Shown here: positions 35,201 to 45,384 of the stretch, in pieces
How the letters are laid out: each line of letters opens with the position of its first letter
Position numbering within the stretch: position 1 is the stretch's first letter
DNA from: Mobula hypostoma
Taxonomy: Eukaryota
Length of the DNA stretch: 64,000 nt
Reading direction: 5' to 3'
NCBI RefSeq assembly: GCF_963921235.1
Contig: NC_086108.1
Span: forward strand, 71,364,001-71,428,000
The notes under the pieces: generated by a model
Seen by the model: the letters and a program-made list of their open reading frames with translations, nothing else
Database searches by the model: none
Told to the model about the DNA's origin: nothing
Program-made: the position numbers and the translations under genes

Positions 35201-36430
35201 TGGCTGCTTGTTGCGATGAATAAAGACTTTGGTATCACCAGCTGTTGTGTCTCTCCAGTAACTTCCATCACAGTCCTCACCTTTGGTCCCGGATACCCTC
35301 ATGACCCAGTGTGGCCAGTGACTTCAGCAGTCTAAGGTGGTGAGTATTTTTTTAAGAGTAGCACCCGTATCTATATCTGTTTAGGTTAACAACCGCAGGA
35401 TCACGGACTATCAAAGGATTTGGCGGAGAGCTGAACTGCTAGATGTAGAAGTGTGGTGTGCCTTTGTTTCTGAGTTTTGTGTAAGGAACCATCTACCAGA
35501 CAGTGCTGAGTAGTTGGTCGAGGCAGGGCCAACAGTTGCAAAAGATGGTTACTCACTGTTCGGGATGCCAGAGGGTGCACTTATGCTCATTTGTTGGGCA
35601 AAGGATTAAGTGAAGCATGGCTACTGAGAATACTTGGGTAGTGTGGGAGATACCATTTGTGACGTCAGAGGGTGCAAGTATACTTGTCTGGGCAATTCTT
35701 TGTGTGTCTGACTGTGTGTCACAAAATCCGAGAATCAAAGCCCAAGATGGATGATAGTACAGAAATATTTAACCTCCCACATAAAAGGGATACAGCTACA
35801 TCATGGGCTCAGTTATGAGGAGGGGAAAACTCACCGACTATATACTCTATAAACTTGAGACGGTTGAGCAGAGAATGAACAAAACCAGGTGGTTTAAGAC
35901 CTGGGACCAGGGAGATAAAGCAGCAGTCACTCTATGTTATGTGTATTTGCAAGAGAGAAGGAGAGGGGTGAAGACAGGGAACAGCGAGACAATGTTCAAG
36001 TAGAGCTGGACAGATTTGAAGGAACAGTTAGAACATTTACAGAGAGACAGACACATAGGTGAGAGACAGGCAGAGCAACTGGAAGAATACAAGAACGAAT
36101 GAGTCAGGTATCTGGGCAGACTGAGAGGTACATGGGATAAGGCCCAACAGCTGAGTACTCACCAGGCAGCAGCCATGGGAATAACTGGTGAGAAAGGTGA
36201 TGTGGTAAATTGGGAAACGCTGGACCAGGGAGATGACTAGAAGCAAAGTACCCCACAAATAGGAGAGGTTATACCCAGTGCTGCCTGTTAGAATGGCAGC
36301 TGTAGAGACCAGACATTGACAGGTTCAAACCCCTGACGACCCCAGCTAGCCACTCACAGTCTTCACCACCATCCACAAGTTTTTCACCCCAGGGGAAAAG
36401 CAAACATTCTATCTGAACTGCACTCACTTC

Positions 36431-37520
36431 CAAGTTCAAAGTAAATTTATTATCAGAGATCATGTATGTTACCATATACAACCCTGAGATTCACTTTCTT
36501 GTGGCCATACATAGTAAATCCAAGAGACGTAATAGGATCACGGAACGATCACACCTAACAGGAGGACAAACAACTAATGTGCAAAAGACAGCAAACCATG
36601 CAAATACTTAAAAAAAATAAACAATAAATATCGAGAACATAAGATGAAGAGTTCTTGAAAGTGAGCACATAGTTGGTAGGAACAGTTCAGTGATGGGCTG
36701 AGTGAAGTTGAGTGACGTTACCTCCATTGGTTCAAGATCCTGATGGCTGAGGGGTAAAACCTGTTCCTGAACCGGGTGATGGGGGACCTGAGGCCCCTGT
36801 ACCTTCTTTCTGATGGCAGCAGCGAGAAGAGAGCATGGCCTGGGTTCTGTGGGTCCTTGATGATTGATACCGCTTTCGTGCAACAGTGCGGTAATGTTAC
36901 AGATATATAAAACCTTAGTTAGACCCCAGTTGGTGTACAGTGTTCAGTTCTGGTCACCTCATTACAGGAAGGATGTGGATGCTACAGAGAGACTTCAGAG
37001 GAGATTTAGAAGGGTGTTGCCTGGATTGGGGAGCATGCCTTATGAGAATAGGTTGAGTGAGCTCAGCCTTTTCTCCTTGGAGTGACGGAGGATGAGAGGT
37101 GACCTGATTGAGGTGTATAAGATGATGAGAGGCATTGATCGTGTGGATAGCCAGAGGCTTTTTCCCAGGGCTGAAATGGCTAACATGAGGAGGCATAGTT
37201 TTAAGGTGTTTGGAAGTAGGTACAAGGGGGATGTCGGAGGTAAGTTTTTCACACAGAGAGTGGTGGGTGCGTGGAGTGCACTGCCAGCGAGGGTGGTAGA
37301 GGTGGATACAAAAGGGTCTTTTAAGAGACTCTTAGATGGGTACATGGAGCTTAGATAAATAGAGAGCTATGCACTAGGGAAATTCTAGGCAGTCTCTGGA
37401 GTAGGTTACATGGTCAGCACAACATTGTGGGCCGAAGGGCCTGTAATGTGCTGTAGATTTCTATGTTCTATGCTCCGTGTGGATGTGCTCAATGGGAAGG
37501 AGGGCTTTACTGTGATGGAC
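36431..37520. mobile_element. Rex1 3' end (-) containing a CR1 3' end (+, about 36885-37470), inserted in ERV gag
   Basis: The CR1 piece is very similar to 9550-10126 (LVRPQLVYSVQFWSPHYRKD, MRGDLIEVYK). The Rex1 tail caagttcaaagtaaatttatt is at 36431. Confidence 0.88.
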
Positions 37521-38770
37521 GTAAAGTTGTGTGTGGCAATGCAGAATGTTGGTGTAAGTTAGAAGTAATTGAAATCCACCAAATGCATGTCAGAGGCATA
37601 CACATATTGGGTAAAGATAAATGCCCGAGATACGTGGGACAGTATGACTCCAGGAGCGCAGGATGAAACATGGACAGCTGGTGGGAATGCCAGCAATGAG
37701 GAAAGTATTGGAACTTTAAGGAAGAATAATGATAAGGAATGATAATGCCAGTTGTTCAGAAGGCTGATGAACTCGCCATGGACAGTGCAGAGTGAAAATA
37801 CCAGGCCTATGAGGAATTCTCAGGCCTGGGCAATCCAGGGAGGGATGATCCAGTCTTCCTGAAAATGCTCAAGGAAGCAGCTGAGCTTGGCCCACCAGGA
37901 GGTTTTAGACATGGGGATAATGGTGGGATCTACCTACTCCACAATAGTTTCATTGGTCAGGGAAATAGATGGGAAAGAGAGATTATAAAGTGGCTGTAGC
38001 AGTGTAGCTGCTGTGAAGATGCCGAGATCTTGCTTTGTTTGCCACTCACTGGGGCACTTAGTGAGGGACTGTCAGGCTAGACATAGATGGGCAGAGGAAA
38101 TAATACGTGACAGCTGTGGCCTCCCAGGCTATGGTTAGTGACAGTGTCCTAACTGGAAAAGGAGACATGAGAGTCACCCACCAAGACAGCTAGAGACCCC
38201 AAAAGAACCTAAGTCCCCAACCCTGACTGCACCCCCTCTGTCCAATTTGACTGCTGACCAGATTATGGAACCAGTAATGACCACCTTGAGGTCGGACAAA
38301 TAGCTGACAGTGGCCCCCATCATAGGTGGAGCACTGGTGACCCATGAATGTACACAGCAGCAATGTTAGGGGGCCAGCAATACGATGTATTAGTGGATAC
38401 AAAGGCATCAGTATTAATAACTGACCTACCCTTGCCAATGATTGGAGGGGCTATTTATATTATGGGTGTAGGAAAAAGAACAGTGAAGGCAGAAAGAAGT
38501 GAGTCACAATTACTCAAAATCAGTGGAGTGCAGCTTCTAGTGCATCTCTGAGTCTGTCCAAATAATGAGGGTACTATAGACTCTGGATAACATGGGCAAA
38601 TCAGGAGCGGCAAACATGTACAAACACTGGAGTACACAACCTAGCCAACAAAGCTGCAGTCACTCCAATCATTGGGGACTGGAGCCAGGATGGTGTCTAT
38701 GGGTTACTTTGTCAGCAGCTCCAAGATGTGTGGATTAGGCACAAGCATGGATGTGGTTGGGTGAAGATAA

Positions 38771-39026
38771 AAAAGAAAGGTACATTGCATCCAGAGTTTC
38801 TCCAGTTAGCGGACGATTTCCCTCCATGCCTCTCTGACGTAGAGGGGAACCGCGTACGAGGCAAGTTACAGCAGTGGTTTGCCATTGCCTTTTGCAGTGA
38901 AACTCACCAAGTTTCCAAAGAGATCACTAGCTCATAACCCAGCACGGATGCAGGGGAGCCGGCTGGATTTGAACTCGGGACCTTTCGTCCCGAAGTCTAG
39001 CACTGATGCCACTACGCCACCAGCCG
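38771..39026 (-). mobile_element. tRNA-headed SINE with RTE-type core, inserted in ERV pol
   Basis: Minus strand: tggcgtagtgg A box, gagttcaaatcc B box, aaggcaatggcaaaccact RTE/Bov-A-like motif; 16-bp TSD ggtygggtgaagataa at 38755-38770 and 39027-39042. Confidence 0.88.
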
Positions 39027-39544
39027 GGTCGGGTGAAGATAAGTTCAGTTAAAATAGGGGGGGATCTGCAAAACACCATAAGCAGTATCCCACAAAAGCT
39101 GATGCACTGACAGCTGTTCAGAGTAGAATGAAGGGACTAAAACACCAGGAAAGAGAGACCTCATCAACTACTAACTCATCTATATGGCCAGTAAAAAAAG
39201 CAGATGGATCATATTGATTAACAAATGACTCTACCCCCCTCAATAAGACTATACTGAAATGGAATCCTATTATGGCCATCCCTGTGACAATCCTGAATGG
39301 CCCATCTCTAGAACATAAAATGTTCTGAGTCCTGGATATTGCTAATGGATTTTGGGAGATCCCATTAAATCCAAGTCACAAGACTGCTTGCCTTCACCTT
39401 GGGTGGGCAGCAGTATATGTGGACGAGACTCTGCCTGAGATTCCACAATAGCCCAGCCATCTTGCAGAAGGTGCTGGCACAGACTTTGGGAAAGCTCAAT
39501 TTAACACCCTACTATCTTAATATATGTACTGTATACTGTACACG

Positions 39545-40127
39545 GTCCCTAAGGTTGTCAAGCCGAGGAGTGGTATTGGGGATGAGCTCCCACTACCTAA
39601 ACATGCTCCTCACGGCATGCGATTCAAATAGCCTCTGACAACCAAGTCCAACTCCTGGCCTTCTCATGTGGCTTAGCCTTTAAGTCTGGTGGAACTCTTT
39701 CTACTGACTGGAGAAGGGGCGAAGGCGGGTCCTGGTGCCTTAAAACCAGTGCTTCTGGTAGATGGAGCTCGACAGCCTGGGAAGGCAGTCCACCTAAGAG
39801 AGGGAAAACTCTGATTTCAAACCTCTGCTGCCTTGTGGCCGTACCCATTTATGGGAAAGGCTTCGGGAGTAAACCTGAGGACAAGTCCGGAGCTGGAGTC
39901 CCTAAGGCAGTCCAACGTTGCTTTCAACCTCGCTTTGGCAACTCCTGTGACGTCACTGGTGCCAAATTGTATCAGCCCTCGCCGTTCCCTTGGACAACAT
40001 CGGTGGCGTGGAGAGGGGAGACTTGCAGCATGGGCAACTGCTGGTCTTCCATAAAACCTTGCCCAGGCCTGCACCCTGGAAACCTTCCAGGCACAGGTCC
40101 ATGGTCTCGCGAGACTAACGGATGCCA
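39545..40127 (+). mobile_element. Non-coding RTE-derived non-autonomous retroelement in ERV pol
   Basis: RTE-like 5' UTR motifs (aggcagtccacctaagagagggaaaactctgatttcaaacc); 3' end shared with the SINE at 14294-14602; (cca)n tail. Confidence 0.7.
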
Positions 40128-40432
40128 CCACCAGTACATAGACAGCAGGGATGCTTTTGGGGTGGTGCATGATTATCCATTGGTGTGGGTACGATGAGGA
40201 TCTGTAACTTCAACAAGGGCAGGTATTCTGTACGGGCACTGAACACAACTGCTGGAAGCAGCGGGGCGGCAGTAATTAAAGTAAAGGCTCATCAGAAAGG
40301 GGCGAGGAAGGGCAGAAAGCAAATGAGTGGGTAGACATCAGGCCAAAAAGAGCAGCAGAAGAACAAGAGGCGACTGAAATTGCAAATGTGCAGGAAGAAG
40401 CTACTGGAGCCAGTTTAGTAAAATTATATGAA

Positions 40433-40878
40433 ACAGGGGGAGGCAGAGGAGAAGGAGGAATGGAGGAGAGAAGCAGCAAAGGAGAGGGCAGATGGGAGCT
40501 GGACACAGGGGGAGGCAGAGGAGAAGGAGGAATGGAGGAGAGAAGCAGCAAAGGAGAGGGCAGATGGGAGCTGGACACAGGGGGAGGCAGAGGAGAAGGA
40601 GGAATGGAGGAGAGAAGCAGCAAAGGAGAGGGCAGATGGGAGCTGGACACAGGGGGAGGCAGAGGAGAAGGAGGAATGGAGGAGAGAAGCAGCAAAGGAG
40701 AGGGCAGATGGGAGCTGGACACAGGGGGAGGCAGAGGAGAAGGAGGAATGGAGGAGAGAAGCAGCAAAGGAGAGGGCAGATGGGAGCTGGACACAGGGGG
40801 AGGCAGAGGAGAAGGAGGAATGGAGGAGAGAAGCAGCAAAGGAGAGGGCAGATGGGAGCTGGACACAGGGGGAGGCAG
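40433..40878. repeat. Perfect 72-bp tandem repeat, 6 copies plus a partial unit
   Basis: Unit acagggggaggcagaggagaaggaggaatggaggagagaagcagcaaaggagagggcagatgggagctggac; identical 24-aa repeats appear in the ORF track. Confidence 0.98.
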
Positions 40879-42036
40879 GAGCTGGTAGCCTCGCCATATA
40901 TTAGGCAGAGACATCTAGAGTTATATCATGGAGTAATGCTTCAGGGAAGGCACAGGAAAATCATAACCTTCCAGCAGGACTGGTGGTGGCCAGGGATGGG
41001 CAGAGACGTTGAGAAATTCTGTCACTATTGCATCATTTGTGCCCAGCCTAACCCAAGTAAGGGCATAAAAGTACAGATGGCAAACGAGACATGGCCAAGG
41101 GGGCCCGGGAAAAGATCCTGGACTTCATGGGGCCACTGTGAAAAAGCAGGGGGGAAAGCTGCTGTCTGGTGAGATGATGGATCATTCATCCAGTGGGTAG
41201 AGGCTTTCCCAATGAGAGATTGCACAGCCATGGATTTGAGCTCAGGAAATCCTCCCCAGGTGAGAAACCCCAGCCCAGGCGGAATTGGATCAGAGAGGGA
41301 AAATCATGAAGGAAACGTGCAAGCTGTTAGGTGCTTGACAACGATTTCATGTACCCTTCCACCCTCAGGGCTCAGTGATGGTAGAAAGGATAAACCGAAC
41401 ACTGCCTTAGCTAAAGCTATAACAGAGACGGGAAAGACATGGGTTGATGTGTTGCCAGGAATACTGATGAGGTTGCGAGAAACCCAAAACCACATGCCGG
41501 GTCTGAGCCCCTACGAATTGCTGAAGGGGCAAGCAATGCAACTCCCTTATGGGGTGATTACGGCTTGCGGAAAACCTGGAACTTATAGGGGTAAAGTGAT
41601 CCAGTGTGTAAAGAACCTTTGTAACCAGCTCAAAGCGTTGAAGGACTGAGCAAAACAACAGTAACACGTTGCTGATCGGAGAGAGCCAGAGGGAGAGAAG
41701 ATGATCCTCTAACAGCCAGGAGACCACGTCACGAGTGGGGAGCTGTCTGAAAAGGCAGAGTTTGCTCCCGGGCGGATAGGACCACAGGTGGAGCAACTGA
41801 CAAATGACAGCTGTGTCTGTGTACAGACCCGGCCAGGCAGCCAGTGGAAACACTGGACTCAGGTTCAACTCTATTGCTCACTTTCTCAATGCCCTCACAG
41901 ACAGAACATGGGATCAGGTCCACCCACTACAGTGTCAATTCAGAGAATCGAACGGACGAATACCAGCCGCTGCGTCACATCTGACCATACCTGATGGGAG
42001 CAGACCCAGAAAAGAAAGTGAACTGAAACACAAATG

Positions 42037-42081
42037 CGAGGGAGAGGGAGAGGGAGAGGGAGAGGGAGAGGGAGAGACAGA

Positions 42082-42146
<65 letters not shown>

Positions 42147-42390
42147 GGAGAGGGGGGAAGAGAGAGAGGGGGGAGAGGGGGAAGAGAGAGAGGGAGAGAG
42201 GGAGAGAGAGAGAGAGAGAGAGAGGAGGGAGAGAGTGAGGGGAGGGGGCGAGACAGAGAGAGAGAGAGAGAGAGAGAGAAGGGGAGAGGAGGAAGAGAGA
42301 GAGGGGGAGAGGGGGAAGAGAGAGAGGGAGGGAGGGGAAGAGAGAGAGGGAGGGAGAGGGAGAGAGAGAGAGGGAGGGAGAGAGAGAGAA
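42037..42390. repeat. Polypurine (GA)n/(GAGGGA)n microsatellite
   Basis: About 350 nt made almost entirely of G and A. Confidence 0.97.
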
Positions 42391-45384
42391 CTGTGAATGA
42401 AGTTTAAAGTATAACGGTAAATGTACTTTGTAATGAAAGCTGGTTCTTGGAGGCAGATGATTAATTGTATAGATCAGAATAGAAAGATATTGGGGAAAAT
42501 AGATGGGAAGGGATCTGAGTCAAGCTCCACAAACTCGATGGCAAGGCAGACCGATAAAGAGAGAAGAAATCATACACAGGCAAACACCCCAGCTAAATGG
42601 GGAGTGAACACAAATAAGCAGGGCCCTTTCAGTGGTTGGGCCAGAGGTTGAAAGGACAGTCCAGGAGTGGGTGAGGTCCTTGCAGCTTTTTGAATACATA
42701 TCACCTCAAAACCTCCAGTAGATTGATCAAAAAGACTGGTTGTCAAGATCATTTTAATAATCTTCTGACATGTCATGAAATGTGAACTGTTACCTGTGAA
42801 CATGAAACAAACTTGCCTGGTTGTGGCGCTGCCCACACGCTAACTACTGACAGCCACTACTGATAGTTTCAGCTGTTAAGAGATCAAAGGGGTGAAGAGG
42901 AAGTGATCAAACTTCTGGAATGTTTTATTGCCATCTCCGCACAGTCTTGTAGCGAGCAAATTAGGGAGGTTAGATAGTATAGATGTAGGTACACATAGGG
43001 ACATCATCGGTTAGTAATTGGGGAATAGATCTGAAGTGAAGGAACTTTCACTGCTCTGCTTAATTAGGTTCTCCTTAAAGTTTGGTTTTCCTGGTACAGA
43101 TTTCTGTCCAGAGGCCAAAAAGAGGGTATGTTAGGGAGTATTCTAGAGTTAGGTGAATATAGCAGATATTAATTCAAACAAGAACTAAGCTTCAGATCTT
43201 ATTGTAAATGTTCATTGCAAGAAGTTGCAAGTTCAAGAAGCTTGCAAGTAGCTTTCAGTATTTTTTTGTAAAGTAGTATATTGAAGTTAAAAGCACAGGC
43301 TGCTCTACAGACTAAGAGATTGCACATGCAAGAGCCAAATGTTAAAACAATGGGATTGTGTTAATTGGCTTGCATCAAACCAGGCAACCTGGCTATTATT
43401 TGCACCATTGTGACTTGAGTGCAAGCTGGCAGAGCAGATGGATGTTGTCACTTAGCATATCAAACATTGTTACAGGTATAGGTAATCAATAACATTCATT
43501 TCAGGTGTCTGGTTTTCTGTCGTCAAAAGGCTTTAAGAATACTTGTGTTAATTAGTTCCTTGCAAAGGTGTTTGAACATTCAGAGGTGTCTTATCAATTA
43601 CAATGTGCTTCCACTATGTATTGCCATTTGTCGACCCAATGTTTTGAAGTAAATAATGTCATTGTCACTATTGAAATTGTCTTGAATCACCTATTGTTAC
43701 CTTCGATCATAAGGGTATAAAAATGTGACGTACTTTGGATTTGTGAGTCTCTGCCAAGAGTGTCTGCAGTATGCTGCTGCCTGCTTGTTGTGCTGAATAA
43801 AGACTTCTATATCACCGGCTTCAGTGCGTCTCTGATAACCTTGATCACAGTCACATCAGGAACTACAAAGAATTGGAGGGTATTGACAATCATCTTGGAT
43901 GTTACAATGAAAATGAAGATTTGGAAGATGCAACAGTTTCTAACTTGTGTCAATCACGTGCAGTTATGTGGCCATTAGGTACTATACTGTGTTTAGAGTG
44001 AATAGTTTTAAAATAGCAGCAGTCGCATATGCCTGTATTCTGTTATTCATTTGGGCTGAGCAATGTGAATTTAAAAAAGCAGTGGTTTTTAACATGACCA
44101 TACAGGAAGGCAATGAAGGCAGTCCATTATCTGCACTAGATGTCTGTACAGATTTTATTCATTTGCAATTAATCCAAGGAACATGGCAGGATACAGTGGA
44201 TGAATTCCTCTTTTGATAATTATTAGAAACTAATACACAGTGTTCTAATTTCTTCTATACTTCACTTAAATACATAATTTGTTACTCACTTTGTCTTTTT
44301 TTATACCTTTTTAACTATTTTCATGAAACTTCAGCTAATTGGGACAGCCTCTTAATTGGGCCAAAATGTACTAGTCTCAATGTGTCCCAATTAACCAGAA
44401 TCCACTTTATTTAATCTTGAAACTATCTTCGTATTTTCTGTTTAATTTAAAGTATTTGAGGTCTTTCAACGATACTGATAATACAAAGATAATTTGAAAA
44501 CAAATATTTGCTTGCTTGAGATGGTTTATCATGGTGATTTATGATTTTAGAGAATGCGGTTTCTCATTCTTCACACACAATAAATCTGCACAATTCAATC
44601 ATCCCGAGTTGTGAGCAATCCCCTGACAGCACACTTTCATCAAATAGACACGTGCACAGCTAAGAACAGAATTGGAGTGGTTGTTAAGTACTCCTGACTT
44701 GCGGCTGGACTTGTTTCCATCTGTTTATAAAGGTTCAGACTGATCACCCGGCCAGTTACTGGAACTTATCATGGTGGCATTTTTTTCTCTATGGGTATCT
44801 CATGACAAAATCTCTCCAAAAGGAGGAATCAACTGTAGAATCCAGGGGATACTGCTGCAGGAACATTGTTGTAGGCTTTGGAAAGATGGAGTCTGTTTAG
44901 AAGGGGGCATGCGTCTCTGGACTCCGGTTAGTGTATGATAGACAAGATGAGTCAGCTGAGGGAGGATTTGGCAGCATGCTCTTTCCATTCCTTGGACCTT
45001 CACATAACCACCTCAGGAACCAAGGTCAACCTTCACTGTCAGGCTAATTAGGGTTGCAGTAGAGGTGGATTAGAGAGAACTTGATTGACAGCTTCATAAA
45101 AAGGAAAATGAAAAAAAAGATGCTTTACTAGCTGAATTCCCAGCATATTCCATTGCTATCCAGATAAGTTTGATTCAAGTTTGCAAAAAAAGAAGAAAGA
45201 ATCTGGGACTCATCATCAAGGCTCACACAGAAGTGAAGATTGGATGGCTAACGTATTAAAGAATGGCTGATTTTCTTGGCACATAGCTAAGTGTGGGAGA
45301 GGGAAACAGAAAAGAAAGGACAGATAATAAATGTATAAAGCAGAGCATTACCTTACACATACTGCATTACTCAGTTATACAAGA

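Larger units (their letters stand above)
34849..43855 (+). mobile_element. Degraded endogenous retrovirus (LTR-gag-pro-pol-short env-position remnant-LTR), spuma/Loki-like RT
   Basis: Homologous LTRs about 34849-35279 (partial) and 43129-43855 (TG...CA, PPT aaaaagagggta). CCHC knuckles at 38031-38072 and 38106-38147; protease LVDTKAS; RT WPVKKADGSY, LDIANGFW, QYMWTRLCLRFHNSP; RNase H DSRDAFGVVHD, VIKVKAH; integrase WWWPGM..CHYCIICAQ, WVEAFP, GLSPYELL. Confidence 0.92.

Noticed and set aside
39600..39720. HDV-like ribozyme in the RTE-derived element
   Set aside because: Partial P2/P3-like pairings are visible, but I could not assemble a full nested double pseudoknot by eye; needs an Infernal search.
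40276..41172. Overlapping repetitive ORFs in several frames; possible CRISPR-like array
   Set aside because: A head-to-tail 72-bp repeat with no unique spacers, in eukaryotic context; the ORFs are a by-product.
41804..42396. RE/ER-rich ORFs resembling the RBM25 RE domain
   Set aside because: Translation of a (GA)n microsatellite; unrelated to the retrocopy at 24.2 kb.
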